From an uncultured Acidobacteriota bacterium (GTDB taxonomy: Bacteria; Acidobacteriota; Thermoanaerobaculia; Multivoradales; UBA5704): 64,000 bases of DNA. The notes under the pieces were generated by a model. It searched no databases. It was not told the origin of the DNA and saw nothing but the letters and a program-made list of their open reading frames with translations. Positions 6,866 through 16,999 of this stretch are shown in pieces. Made by a program: the position numbers and the translations under genes. The stretch spans positions 512,001-576,000 of the forward strand of contig CAVYRF010000001.1 of assembly GCA_963770895.1 (NCBI GenBank), read 5' to 3'. How positions within the stretch are numbered: position 1 is the first letter of the stretch; the number at the start of each line of letters is the position of its first letter.

Positions 6866-9286
6866 ATGGCTTCGTTCTGGCGCGATATCCGGTTCGGTGG
6901 GCGCATTCTGGCCAAGGCGCCGGGGCATACGGCGGCGGCGGTGATCGCGCTCAGTCTCGGCATCGGGTTGACGACGGCGACGTTCAGCATCGTGTACGGG
7001 ATCTTGTGGAGCGGCCTGCCGTATCCGCATGCGGAGCGGCTGATGAAGGTGGACAGCCAGAACCCGTCGCACGACCAGACGTTCCAGCCGGTGGACGTGC
7101 ACGACTACCTGGACTGGTGCCGGCGCCAGCGGTCTTTCGAGGGGCTGGCCGGCAGCAACAGCACCACCGTGACGATGAGCGGCAAGGAGCGGCCCGAGCG
7201 GCTGGACGGCGCCTGGATCACCGCCAACGGCCTGCAGCTGCTGGGCATCAAGCCGCTGCTCGGGCGCGGCTTTCAGGCCGGCGAGGACCGGCCTGGGGCG
7301 ACGCCGGTGGTGCTGCTGGGCTACCAGCTATGGCAGAACCGCTTTGGCGGCGATCCCAAGGTGATCGGCAGGGCGGTGCGGGTCAACGGCCGCGCGACGA
7401 CGGTCGTCGGCATCATGCCGCCGGCGTTCCGGTTCCCGGACAACGAGCAGCTGTGGCTGCCGCTGGAGCTGGACGCGGGGCGCAGCGAGCGCGGCAAGGG
7501 CGATCCGATCCAGGTGTTCGGGCGGCTGCGGCCCGGGGTGACGCGGGACCAGGCGGATGCGGAGATGGCGGCCATCGCGCAGTCGCTGGCCAGGGAGTTC
7601 CCGCGCACCAACCGCGGACTGACGGCGTCGGTGGGGCCGCTGGCCGAGCGGCACCTGGACGATGGCACCCACTACCTGCTGTACAGCATGCTGGGGGCGG
7701 TCGGCTGCGTGCTGCTGATCGCCTGCATCAACGTCGCCAGCCTGATCATGTCGCGCGCCACCCAGCGCACGCGCGAGATGGCCTTGCGTGCGGCGCTGGG
7801 GGCGTCGCGCCGGCAGGTGATCCTGCAGGTGCTGACCGAAAGCCTGATCCTGGCGCTTTTGGCGAGCGGCGTCGGGCTCGGCCTGGCGTGGGCGGGCATC
7901 GTCTCGTTCAACCGCGCCATCCAGGTGGCCAATCCGCCGACGTGGCTGCACATCGCGTTCGACCTGCCGGCGCTGCTGTGCGCGCTGGCGGCGACCTTGG
8001 CGGCGGCGGTGGTGTCGGGGCTGGTGCCGGCGCTGCAGGTGTCGCGGGCGCGGCTCAACGAGGTGCTCAAGGACGAGGGGCGCGGCTCGACCAGCCTGCG
8101 GCTGGGCAGGCTGAGCCGCCTGGTGGTGGTGGCGGAGCTGGCGCTGTCGTGCGTGCTGCTGATCGCCACCGGCATGATGGTCAAGAGCACGGTGCTCGCC
8201 CGCTCCGCCCCGGTCGGCTTCGTCGCCGACCGCGTGCTGACGGTGCGGGTGCCTCTCTTCGAGAGCAACTATCCGCGGCCGCTCGATCGCGGCGCCTTCT
8301 ACCAGCGGCTGCTGGAGCGCCTGCGGACGCTGCCGGGGGTGGAGGCCGCCGGCGCCTCGACCGCGCTGCCCAGCATGTCGTGGAACAGCGAAGCGTACGT
8401 CGTCGACGGCCGCGCCTACGCCAACGAAACCGACTTCCCCGTGGCGCACAGCGACGTGGTGACCGAGGGGACCTTTGCCGCCCTCGGCGTGCGGCTGCTG
8501 GCCGGCCGCGAGTTCGAGCGCCTGGACACGCCGACGTCGCAGCCGGTGGCGCTGGTCAACCAGAGCCTGGCGCGCAAGCTATGGCCGCGCGACAGCCCGC
8601 TGGGCAAGCGCCTGCGGCGCGCCAGGGCCGGGCACGACGAGCCCTGGCGGACGGTGGTCGGCGTGGTGCCGGACCTGCTGATCTACGGCATCGGCGACCG
8701 CCAGCCGGAGGGCTTCTTCCTGCCGGTGACGCAGGTGGGCGCCGAGCGGCTGAGCTACGTCCTGCGCACCCGGCGCGAGCCGCTGTCGCTGGTCGCGGCG
8801 GTGCGCGCCCAGGTGACGGCGCTGGATGCCGACACGCCGATCTACTTCGTCAGGACCATGGAGCAGAACATTGCCCTGGACCACTACTTCACCGACCTGT
8901 TCGGCATCATGTTCGGCATCTTCGGCCTGTGCGCCCTGGTCCTGGCCGCGGTCGGCATCTACGGCGTCATCGCCTTTTCGGTCGAGCGGCGCACGCAGGA
9001 GATCGGCGTGCGCATGGCGCTGGGCGCGCGGCGCGGCGACGTGCTGGCGATGCTGATGCGCCAGGGCGTCGTGCAGCTGGGCATGGGGCTGGCGCTGGGC
9101 CTGCCGCTGGCCTTCGCCTTTTCGCGCCTGCTGGCCCAGTCGCTCTTCCGCGTCCAGCCCGGCGATCCCGCGGTCTTCACGGCGGTGACCGCCGGCATGT
9201 CCACGGTCGCCCTGCTCGCCTGCCTGCTGCCCGGCCAGCGGGCTACCGAGATCGATCCCAACGTGGCGTTGCGCTCCGACGTCTAG
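6866..9286 (+). CDS. ABC transporter permease, ADOP/MacB-FtsX duplicated type
   Basis: DIRFGGRILAKAPG, LLIACINVASL, REMALRAALGA and second RRTQEIGVRMALGA repeat; AGGAGG RBS. Confidence 0.92.
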   Translation: MASFWRDIRFGGRILAKAPGHTAAAVIALSLGIGLTTATFSIVYGILWSGLPYPHAERLMKVDSQNPSHDQTFQPVDVHDYLDWCRRQRSFEGLAGSNSTTVTMSGKERPERLDGAWITANGLQLLGIKPLLGRGFQAGEDRPGATPVVLLGYQLWQNRFGGDPKVIGRAVRVNGRATTVVGIMPPAFRFPDNEQLWLPLELDAGRSERGKGDPIQVFGRLRPGVTRDQADAEMAAIAQSLAREFPRTNRGLTASVGPLAERHLDDGTHYLLYSMLGAVGCVLLIACINVASLIMSRATQRTREMALRAALGASRRQVILQVLTESLILALLASGVGLGLAWAGIVSFNRAIQVANPPTWLHIAFDLPALLCALAATLAAAVVSGLVPALQVSRARLNEVLKDEGRGSTSLRLGRLSRLVVVAELALSCVLLIATGMMVKSTVLARSAPVGFVADRVLTVRVPLFESNYPRPLDRGAFYQRLLERLRTLPGVEAAGASTALPSMSWNSEAYVVDGRAYANETDFPVAHSDVVTEGTFAALGVRLLAGREFERLDTPTSQPVALVNQSLARKLWPRDSPLGKRLRRARAGHDEPWRTVVGVVPDLLIYGIGDRQPEGFFLPVTQVGAERLSYVLRTRREPLSLVAAVRAQVTALDADTPIYFVRTMEQNIALDHYFTDLFGIMFGIFGLCALVLAAVGIYGVIAFSVERRTQEIGVRMALGARRGDVLAMLMRQGVVQLGMGLALGLPLAFAFSRLLAQSLFRVQPGDPAVFTAVTAGMSTVALLACLLPGQRATEIDPNVALRSDV

Positions 9287-11829
9287 GTGGCTGGGGGGCT
9301 GACCAGCGACAGGGCTTGCTCCAGCAGCTCGTCGCGGCCGGCGGCGAGGCCGGCGCGGGTGGGCTCGCTGGGAACGGTGGGCTCGACGGCGCGGCCGGCG
9401 GGGAGGGCGTCGGCGGCGGGGAGGGCGCCGGTCCAGATGAGGGTGAGGCCGCCGGGCAGGGGAGCGGTGTCCAGGCTGCCGGTGGCGCCGGCGGTGGCGG
9501 CGCCGACGATCGGCCCCAGGTGCAGCTCGGCGGCGGCGGCCAGAAAGGCTTCCGCCAGGCCGGAGTCGCGGGCGCTGGCGATGAAGGCCAGGCGGCCGCC
9601 GACGTGGGGGGCGGTCGGCGCGATGGGCGTGGCGCTCGGCGAGTAGGTGACGCCGGCGCGGTCCGGCAGAGTCCAATGCGGCACCTGCTCGCGGCGCACC
9701 GCGGCCGGCGCGGTGACCAGGTGGCCCAGCAGCGTGTCGGTGGAGCGCACGTAGCCGCGCAGATCGAAGACGACGCCGGCGGCCCGCGCCAGCCGCGGCA
9801 GGGCCTCTTGCAGCGCCTTGTCGGTGAGGTGCGCCAGGTCGACGACCAACACCCCCGGTTTGACCTCGCGCACGGCGTCGTGCGCCGGCGACGATTCCGC
9901 CTGGCCGATGGCGACGGAGTGCGGCACCGCCAGGTCGCGCGGGGCGGGCGTCTTGGCGGCGGCGGTGCCGGTGGCGCCGCCGGCGGTGGCGCTCGGCGGG
10001 GCGGCGCTGGCGACCTGCAGGCGCAGGGGGTCGCCCGGCGGCCCCAGGGAGAGGCGGGAAAGGGCCTGCCAGCGGCGCCATTGCGGCGTCGCGGCGGCCA
10101 CCTGCCGCTCGGCGGCGGCGAGCGCGATGGCGGTGGGACGGCCGGCGATCTGCAGCACGGCGTCGCCCGCATGCAGGCCCAGGTCCGCTGGCTTGGGTGC
10201 GACTTCGGTGACCACCAGCTGCTGGCCGATCCAGGCCCAATCGAGCGGCAGCCGCTGCAGGTGGGCTTCGCCGGCGGCGGCCAGCACCGCCTGGCCGTCG
10301 CCGGTCACCGCCAGCATGCGGCGCAGCACGGTGAGCAGGGCGGCGTCGTCGGCGGTGACGGCGGCGTCGCGCAGCGCCTGCGGCAGCGCTTCCTGCCAGC
10401 GGCGGTCGCCCGGCGGCAGGCCCGGGTGGAAGTGCTGCAGGACGTTCCAGGCCAGCGCCACGGTGGCCAGGCGGCCTTCGCGGCCGGCGAGCGAAAAGGC
10501 GGGCTGCGGCGGGGCGGCGGTCGCGGCGCCTGTGGCGGCCGCGGTGGTCGTGGCGCCTGCCGTGGTCGCCGCGGCGTGCGGCAGGGTGCCGGCGCTGTCG
10601 GCGTAGAGCGCCGTCGGCACGGCGACGGCCGCGCCGCCGCCCAGGTCGGCCCGGAAGAGGGCCGGGGGCGCCGGCGGTTGGTCGTCGCCGGGTGGGCGCG
10701 CAGCCGCCGGCTCGCGCAGGATCGTGCTGGTGAAGAGCGACCGCCGCCCGGCGCCGCCCAGGCCGATGTGACTCCACCGCACCACCGACAAGGCGCTCGG
10801 AGAGACGCCCGGCGGCTGGCCGCTGTCCACGGCGGGCGGCGGCGAGCCGGCCGCGTAGACCCGCAGGGTGGGCGCCAGCGGCGCGAACAGCGATTGCAGC
10901 GCCGCGGCCAGCGCCGTGCCGTCGCGCGGTGACCTGGCGCCGGCGCCGCCGCCGGCAGTGCCGGTGCTGCCGGCCGCGGCGGCGCTGGCGGGCGCCGGGT
11001 CCAAGGCGGCGACGGCGGCGGCGGCGAAGGCGCCCCAATCGGCCTGGGCCACCTGGTCGCTGGGATGGAAGTAGCGCACGTAGCCGAGCAGGCGGGTGAA
11101 GGCGACCAGGTTGGCCAGCGAGCCCTCGGTCAGAGGCCGCGGCGCCTGCCCGGCGGCGGCGGGGCCCAGGTCGTCGAAGGTGGCGGCGTCGATCCAGGCC
11201 ACGCCCTCGCCGGTGACGTGCAGGCCGATGCCGATGGCCTGGGCGTCGGCGGCCACGTCGCCGGTGACTTCGTAGAGGCGCCAGCGTTCGCTGGTGATCG
11301 GCCGGTCGGCCATGCCGGCAAGGGTGCCGGTCTTGCTGGCCGGCCGCTCGATGCCCAGCCACAGCTCGGCGCGGCTGGCGCCTTCGACGCGCACCGCGGC
11401 GCGGAACCGCACGCGCCGACCGCGCCAGGCGCCGGCGGCGAAGCGCTGCACCAGGAGGCCGGTGCCGTCGGCGCCGAAAGCATAGGTGTTGATCTTGGCG
11501 CACAGGCGGCCCTGGTAGGGCTGGTCGTCGCTCAGCACGACGCCGAAGCCGGCATTGCGCGATTCCGTCGTCATCGTCCAGCCGGCGGGGGAGCCCCCGG
11601 CTTCCCCCTGCTCAAAGTCGAGATCGACCGGCGCCGCCGGCAGCGGCTTGGGGGCGGCGGCCGGCGCCGGTGCCTTGGCAGCCGTGGCAGGCGGCGATGC
11701 CGGCGGCGGGGCCGGCGCGGCGCTCGCGGATGGGTCGGCTGGCGCTGCCGGCGCTGCGGGCGCGGCGGGGGCACAGATCGCCAGCGCGGCGCACAGCACT
11801 AGAACCAGGCTCCCAGGCGAGCGCTTCAT
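9283..11829 (-). CDS. Secreted S41-family (tail-specific protease-like) protein with N-terminal beta-sandwich domain
   Basis: Signal peptide MKRSPGSLVLVLCAALAICA; LLGYVRYFHPSD, AWNVLQHFHP, PDZ-like GDAVLQIAG, VVFDLRGY, SGLAE, IVGAATAGATG. Confidence 0.75.
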   Translation of the reverse strand: MKRSPGSLVLVLCAALAICAPAAPAAPAAPADPSASAAPAPPPASPPATAAKAPAPAAAPKPLPAAPVDLDFEQGEAGGSPAGWTMTTESRNAGFGVVLSDDQPYQGRLCAKINTYAFGADGTGLLVQRFAAGAWRGRRVRFRAAVRVEGASRAELWLGIERPASKTGTLAGMADRPITSERWRLYEVTGDVAADAQAIGIGLHVTGEGVAWIDAATFDDLGPAAAGQAPRPLTEGSLANLVAFTRLLGYVRYFHPSDQVAQADWGAFAAAAVAALDPAPASAAAAGSTGTAGGGAGARSPRDGTALAAALQSLFAPLAPTLRVYAAGSPPPAVDSGQPPGVSPSALSVVRWSHIGLGGAGRRSLFTSTILREPAAARPPGDDQPPAPPALFRADLGGGAAVAVPTALYADSAGTLPHAAATTAGATTTAAATGAATAAPPQPAFSLAGREGRLATVALAWNVLQHFHPGLPPGDRRWQEALPQALRDAAVTADDAALLTVLRRMLAVTGDGQAVLAAAGEAHLQRLPLDWAWIGQQLVVTEVAPKPADLGLHAGDAVLQIAGRPTAIALAAAERQVAAATPQWRRWQALSRLSLGPPGDPLRLQVASAAPPSATAGGATGTAAAKTPAPRDLAVPHSVAIGQAESSPAHDAVREVKPGVLVVDLAHLTDKALQEALPRLARAAGVVFDLRGYVRSTDTLLGHLVTAPAAVRREQVPHWTLPDRAGVTYSPSATPIAPTAPHVGGRLAFIASARDSGLAEAFLAAAAELHLGPIVGAATAGATGSLDTAPLPGGLTLIWTGALPAADALPAGRAVEPTVPSEPTRAGLAAGRDELLEQALSLVSPPAT

Positions 11830-12013
11830 CGGGGATTCTCCTTGCATGCGTGCCCGACCGCCTGACCGATCGCGCTCTCGACCACGTTGCCGGCGATCGT
11901 GGCACCATGGAGATGCTTTGAGCACGCGCGCCCGAGTGTACCCGAAGCCCCGGTGCCCGCGGCGGCGGATCGAGAATGGAGAATAATCACCCCAGACCTG
12001 CCGGCGACGCCGC

Positions 12014-13081
12014 ATGCGATCCAACCTGCTCATCTACGGAGTGACCGGCTACCTGGGCGGGCTGATCTCGCGCCTGGCCGCGGCGGCGGGGCTGCCGCAC
12101 GTGGCCGCCGGCCGCGACCTGGAGCGGGTGCAGGCGCACGCCGACCGGCTGCTGCTGCCGGCGCGCGCCTTTTCGCTCACCGACCCGGCCAAGGTGGAGC
12201 GCGGCCTGGCCGGCGCCGCGGTGGTGCTCAACGCGGCGGCGCCGTTTGCCGAGACCGCCCTGCCCCTGGCCGAAGCCTGCCTGCGCGGCGGCGTCCACTA
12301 CCTGGATCTGGCCGACGCCTTCGACGACCTGGAGGCCATGCGCCAGCTCGACGCCCGCGGCCGCGAAGCAGGAGTCATGCTGCTGCCCGGCGCCGGCTTT
12401 GCCGTCGTGCCGACGGATGCGCTGGCGGCGCGCCTGCGGCGGCGGCTGCCGTCGGCGGTGCGCCTGCGCGTCGCCTGCGAAGCCACGGGCGCCCTGTCGC
12501 GCGGAGCCCTGGCGGCGCTGCTGGACAGAACCCACCGCCAGGGCCGCCGCCGCCGTCAGGGGGAGCTGGTGGATGCCTGGGCGGGCGACCAGGTGCGCCG
12601 CATCGACCTGGGCGCCGGTCCTCGCCTGGCGGTGACCGACGCCTGGCGCGGCGACCTGGTGAGCGCCTACTGGAGCGCGGTGTTTTCCGACATCGACACC
12701 TACGCGGTCCATCCCCCGGCGCTGCGCCGCCTGATCGTCGCCGCGCGGCCCGGCGCCGCGTGGCGCCTGCTGGGCGGCGGCGCCGCGCTGGCGCTGCTGC
12801 GCCGCATGGTCCGCTGGCTACCCCCCGGACCCGACGAAGCCGCCCTGGCCGCCGGCGCCACCCGCATCTGGGCCGAAGCCGAAGACGCCCACGGCAACCG
12901 CATCGAAGCCCGCCTGAAGGGCCCGCACTCCTACCTGTTCACCGCCCGCGCTGCCCTGTGGATCGCCCAGCGCGTCCTGGCCGGCCGCCTGCGCGTCGGC
13001 TTTCAAACCCCCGCCACCGCCTACGGCCCCGACCTGCTCGACCGCCTGGTCGAAGAGATCGAAGACGTCGCGCTGATCTGA
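12014..13081 (+). CDS. Saccharopine dehydrogenase-like NAD(P)-binding oxidoreductase
   Basis: IYGVTGYLG Rossmann motif, VLNAAAPF, HYLDLA, LLPGAGF, C-terminal GFQTPATAYG. Confidence 0.85.
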   Translation: MRSNLLIYGVTGYLGGLISRLAAAAGLPHVAAGRDLERVQAHADRLLLPARAFSLTDPAKVERGLAGAAVVLNAAAPFAETALPLAEACLRGGVHYLDLADAFDDLEAMRQLDARGREAGVMLLPGAGFAVVPTDALAARLRRRLPSAVRLRVACEATGALSRGALAALLDRTHRQGRRRRQGELVDAWAGDQVRRIDLGAGPRLAVTDAWRGDLVSAYWSAVFSDIDTYAVHPPALRRLIVAARPGAAWRLLGGGAALALLRRMVRWLPPGPDEAALAAGATRIWAEAEDAHGNRIEARLKGPHSYLFTARAALWIAQRVLAGRLRVGFQTPATAYGPDLLDRLVEEIEDVALI

Positions 13082-13152
13082 TGGCGACGGCCCCAATGCC
13101 CTACGCTGCCGCTTGCGCCCGAACCAAGCCGGCATGGTGCCGGCGCATGCGA

Positions 13153-13470
13153 TCACACAATCGGAAGCGATCGGACCCTTACCTGGCGATCCTCGATTGT
13201 CACGGCGCAGGGCTGGCCTAAGGCCTCAGCGAGGAAAAAAGAGACTGCCGTCAGGCGTCGGGCGATGACGACGGGATCGCCACTCGTGAGACGAAGAGTA
13301 ATGAGACTGGGGCGGCTTAGGCCTCGTAAGGCGAGGAGAGCCGAAAAGTCGAGGTCCTGGGTAATGATGGTGCGCCTTTCAGCCCGGCAAGGACGAGCAA
13401 CTCCTCATCAGATGCCGTCGCAGGTGCAAGTGTCGAAGCGCGCACGATATCCCAGCCGTCGAAACCAGCG
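13153..13470 (-). pseudogene. DUF5615/PIN-like toxin, N-terminally truncated and frameshifted
   Basis: DGWDIVRAST..ASDEELL, frameshift, then ERRTIITQDLDFSALLAL..PSLITLRL..VTIEDRQVRVRSLPIV-stop. Lies directly downstream of DUF433. Confidence 0.7.
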
Positions 13471-13511
13471 CCGGGAGGCACCTGGCTTTCGAACCATCAG
13501 GCGTTTCCGGC

Positions 13512-13742
13512 TCAAGCAGACTCGACGCGATGAATCTGATCGGAAGCCAACCAAGCGGCATATTGCATCGCCTGGCGCACATCCTCTTCTTCCAGCTCAG
13601 GGTAGGCCGCAACCACTTCTGCAACAGATCGCCCCGCCGCAAGTGTCTTGAGGATCACTCCGACGGTGATTCGCATTCCGCGGATCGTGGGCTGTCCGAG
13701 GCAAATGTGGGGGTCGATCGTGATGCGTTCCAACTGCCTCAT
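13512..13742 (-). CDS. DUF433 domain antitoxin
   Basis: RITIDPHICLGQPTIRGMRITV..YPELEEEDVRQAMQYAA. Confidence 0.92.
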   Translation of the reverse strand: MRQLERITIDPHICLGQPTIRGMRITVGVILKTLAAGRSVAEVVAAYPELEEEDVRQAMQYAAWLASDQIHRVESA

Positions 13743-13838
13743 ACTGCGATGTTAGCATGCACCGCACCTCGCCCATGTCGGGACCGTGATCAACGCGCGG
13801 CGCATCAACGGTTCGGCTCTGGGCGTAAAATGGCCGGG

Positions 13839-14192
13839 ATGAGGCGGTTGACCCCTCTTTGCCGCTGGGTGGCGGCGGTTCTTGTGCTGAGCAGCTTGAG
13901 CCTGCTGTTCGGCACCCCCCTCTGTGACTCCGACAGGTGCCCGATGAGGGCGTCGCAGCGCGCCACGTGCAGGGCGATGGGGCGCGACTGCTGCCAGTCT
14001 CGCGGGGGAGCGCTTTCCCATGCGTCCCCGCAGGCGCCGCGGATCGCGGCGGCGGTCACCCCTGCCTGCACGCCGACCCCGGCGAGCCGGGACGAGCGGA
14101 TTGCGGATGCAGGCTCGTCTTTGCCCGACGCCGCGCCGGCGGTCGTCCAGGGCGTCGGTCTCTTCACGCTCCTCGCCGTCTTCCGCATCTAG
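13839..14192 (+). CDS. Small Cys-rich membrane or secreted protein upstream of the cus operon
   Basis: Hydrophobic N-terminus, C-x4-CPM-x7-C-x6-CC, C-terminal GLFTLLAVFRI; co-oriented with the metal efflux genes. Confidence 0.6.
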   Translation: MRRLTPLCRWVAAVLVLSSLSLLFGTPLCDSDRCPMRASQRATCRAMGRDCCQSRGGALSHASPQAPRIAAAVTPACTPTPASRDERIADAGSSLPDAAPAVVQGVGLFTLLAVFRI

Positions 14193-14267
14193 GGTCCTTT
14201 TCCCAGGAGAAGTGTGTCCGGCCGGTCCCCGCGTGGGCCGTCCCCCGACTCTTGCGCTGGAGGACTC

Positions 14268-15659
14268 ATGTTCGTGAAGACTGCTCTGTCGTTGCTTCTG
14301 GTCACCCTTCTGGCCGCCGCCGCGTGGGCGCGGCAGGAGGCTGAACCGCACCCCTTCGCTGCCTTGACCGAGGACTCTCCGTTCGCCGGCGCGGCGCAGC
14401 TCGACCGGCGCACGCTGCTGGCGACGGTGGCGCGGCGCAATCCCACCCTGGATGCGGCTCGCCTTGCGTGGCAGGCAGCGGCCGCCAGGCCTGCCCAGGA
14501 GCGCGGCCTGCCCGATCCGATGGTCTCCTACCGCTTCGCGCCGGGGAGCGTCGCGGGCAGCGGCCTGCGCTTCGGCCAGGAGGTCGAGCTGAGCCAGGAC
14601 GTCCCGCTCCCAGGCCGGCGCCGGCTGCGTGGCGACCGGGCCGCCGCCGCGGCCCGCGGCGCCGCGGCGGAGTATCGCGCGACGCTCCTCGACCTCCTGA
14701 CGGTGGCGTCGCAGCTCTACGACGACGACGGCCTGGCGAGCTGCAGCCTGGCGATCGTGGCGCAGCATCGGGCGCTGCTCGCCGAGCTGCAGCAGGTCGC
14801 CGCCGGCCGCTATGCCGCGGGGCTCGTGCCGCAGCAGGACCCGATCCAGGCCGAGCTCGAAGGCGCCAAGATGCTCCGCCGCCAGGTGGAGCTCGAGGCG
14901 CAGCGGGAGACGATCGTCGGCCGCCTCGATGCGCTCCTGCACCTGCCCGCGGACCGCCCGCTGCCGCCGCCGGCCCGCGAGCCGGAGGCGCCCGAGAACG
15001 ATCAGCCGGCGACGGCGGCGCTGGTCGCCGCCGCGCTGGCCGCGCGGCCCGAGCTTGCGGCGCGCGCGGCCGCGGTGGAGGCTGAGGGCGCGGACCTTGC
15101 CCTGGCGCAGCTGGCCTGGATGCCCGACCTGGCGCTGCGCGGCTCCTACAACTCGATGTGGAACGAGCCCGGATACCGGTGGATGGCGGGCTTGGCCGTC
15201 AACCTGCCGGTGCGGCGGGACCGCCTGGCGGGTGAGCGGGCGGAGGCGGAAGCGCGCCTGGCGCAGGCGAAGGCCGACCTGGCCGCCACCGCAGACCGCA
15301 TCGGCGCGGAGGTCCGCGGCGTGGCGATCGGACTGCAGGAGGCTCACCACGTGCTGGCGATCTTCGCCAGCCGGCTGCTGCCCGCGGCGCGCGACCAGGT
15401 GCAGGCGGCGCGCTCGGGTTTCGAGACCGGACGCGGCAGTTTCCTGGGGGTGATCGACGCGGAGCGGAGCTTGCGCGACGTCGAGCTTGGCCGGGAGCAG
15501 GCCATCGCAGCTCTGCATCACCAGCAAGCCGAGCTCGATCGGGCGCTGGGACGGCTGCCGGCCGGCCTTCCCGCGGCTCTCCTCGAACCTGCCGCCGAGC
15601 GCCCGGCAGCTGGTTCGCCACCCCCACCGCACCGCGGCCAGGAAGGGGGCTCGCGATGA
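14268..15659 (+). CDS. TolC-family outer-membrane efflux protein (CusC-like)
   Basis: GGAGG RBS, signal peptide, LPDPMV, SQDVPLPGRRRL, RPEL, PDLAL motifs; ATGA overlap with the adaptor gene. Confidence 0.88.
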   Translation: MFVKTALSLLLVTLLAAAAWARQEAEPHPFAALTEDSPFAGAAQLDRRTLLATVARRNPTLDAARLAWQAAAARPAQERGLPDPMVSYRFAPGSVAGSGLRFGQEVELSQDVPLPGRRRLRGDRAAAAARGAAAEYRATLLDLLTVASQLYDDDGLASCSLAIVAQHRALLAELQQVAAGRYAAGLVPQQDPIQAELEGAKMLRRQVELEAQRETIVGRLDALLHLPADRPLPPPAREPEAPENDQPATAALVAAALAARPELAARAAAVEAEGADLALAQLAWMPDLALRGSYNSMWNEPGYRWMAGLAVNLPVRRDRLAGERAEAEARLAQAKADLAATADRIGAEVRGVAIGLQEAHHVLAIFASRLLPAARDQVQAARSGFETGRGSFLGVIDAERSLRDVELGREQAIAALHHQQAELDRALGRLPAGLPAALLEPAAERPAAGSPPPPHRGQEGGSR

Positions 15660-16999
15660 CCCCGCCGGATCCGGCGCGCCGCCGGTCCGTGCTCGTCGTC
15701 CGCGCCGGGCTGGCCGCCGGGGCGCTCGTCCTCCTGTTCATCGCGCGCGGTGCGCTCCTCGCCTGGTTCACCATCGGCGCCGGCGGCGGTCCGGCCGTGG
15801 CGGGCGCCGGCCCGGGCGCGGCCGCGCACGGTTCACCGCCGGCAGCCGCGCCGCCGGCAGCCGTGCCGGCGCCGGGAAGCGACGTCGCCTACTACACCTG
15901 TTCGATGCACCCCTCGGTGCGCCAGAACGCGCCGGGGAAGTGCCCGATCTGCGACATGGACCTCATTGCGGTGCGCCGCGACGAGGCGCAGAGCGGGATC
16001 GTCACGCTCGACGACGGACGGCAGCAGCAGATCGGGCTGCGCACCGGCGTCGTGGCTGTGCGGCCGTTCGCGGATCGCATCACGACGGTCGGTCGGGTCG
16101 CCTACGACGAGAGCCGGCTGCACGACGTGAGCCTCAAGTTCGCCGGCTGGATCGGCAAGCTCTACGTCGACCAGACCGGGCAGCGGGTGCGACGGGGCCA
16201 GACCCTCTTCACGCTCTACAGCCCGGAGCTCTACGGGGCCGAGCAGGAGTACCTCGCGGTGCTCGCCAGCCAGCGCGCGGCGCGGGCGAGCGCCGCGCCC
16301 GACCGGGCCGACTACCTGGTCGAGGCGTCGCGCCAGAAGCTGCGGCTCTGGGACCTCGGCGACGACGAGGTCGGCCGCATCGCCGCGCGCGGCGCGCCGG
16401 ATCGGGAGGTTCCGATCGCCTCGCCGGCAGCGGGCTGGATCGTCGAGAAAAACGTGGTGCAGGGCGCGAGCGTGCAGCCCGGAATGAAGCTCTTCCGTAT
16501 CGCGGACCTCGACCGCGTCTGGGTCGAGGCGGCAGTCGAGGAAGGCCAGATCGGCCAGGTCGCGGTCGGCGCGCCGGCAACCATCACCCTGCGCGCTCTG
16601 CCGGCCAGGGAGCTGCAGGGCCGGGTGAGCCTGATCGAGCCGGCCCTCGCCGCCGAGACCAGGACGGCGACCGTGCGGATCGAGGTGAGAAATCCGGCGG
16701 GTGCCGCGGGGCCGGACCTGCGCCCCGAGATGTATGCCGAGGTGGAGCTGGGCGGTTCGCGCCGGCAAGCCCTGGTGGTGCCGGAGTCGGCGGTCCTCTA
16801 CACCGGCCCGCGCACCCTGGTGTTCGTCGACCTGGGCGGCGGCCGCTTCCGCCCCCGCGAGGTGCGGCTCGGCGCGAAGTCGGCCGGCGCGTACGAGGTG
16901 CTGGCGGGCCTGCGGGAGGGCGACCGGGTGGTCACTTCCGGCAACTTCCTGCTCGACGCGGAGAGCCGGCTCACCGGCGCGGCGGAGGGCGGATCATGA
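15656..16999 (+). CDS. cusB: CusB-like RND periplasmic adaptor with heavy-metal-binding domain
   Basis: YYTCSMHP..PGKCPICDMDL, GWIGKLYV, LYSPEL, VVTSGNFLLDAES. Confidence 0.88.
   Translation: MTPPDPARRRSVLVVRAGLAAGALVLLFIARGALLAWFTIGAGGGPAVAGAGPGAAAHGSPPAAAPPAAVPAPGSDVAYYTCSMHPSVRQNAPGKCPICDMDLIAVRRDEAQSGIVTLDDGRQQQIGLRTGVVAVRPFADRITTVGRVAYDESRLHDVSLKFAGWIGKLYVDQTGQRVRRGQTLFTLYSPELYGAEQEYLAVLASQRAARASAAPDRADYLVEASRQKLRLWDLGDDEVGRIAARGAPDREVPIASPAAGWIVEKNVVQGASVQPGMKLFRIADLDRVWVEAAVEEGQIGQVAVGAPATITLRALPARELQGRVSLIEPALAAETRTATVRIEVRNPAGAAGPDLRPEMYAEVELGGSRRQALVVPESAVLYTGPRTLVFVDLGGGRFRPREVRLGAKSAGAYEVLAGLREGDRVVTSGNFLLDAESRLTGAAEGGS

Noticed and set aside
7006-11503. Very long Arg/Ala/Gly-rich ORFs (7006..10932, 8579..11503; likewise 16798..20292, 41659..45567 and others)
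   Set aside because: Shadow or alternative frames of real genes in high-GC DNA; no motifs.
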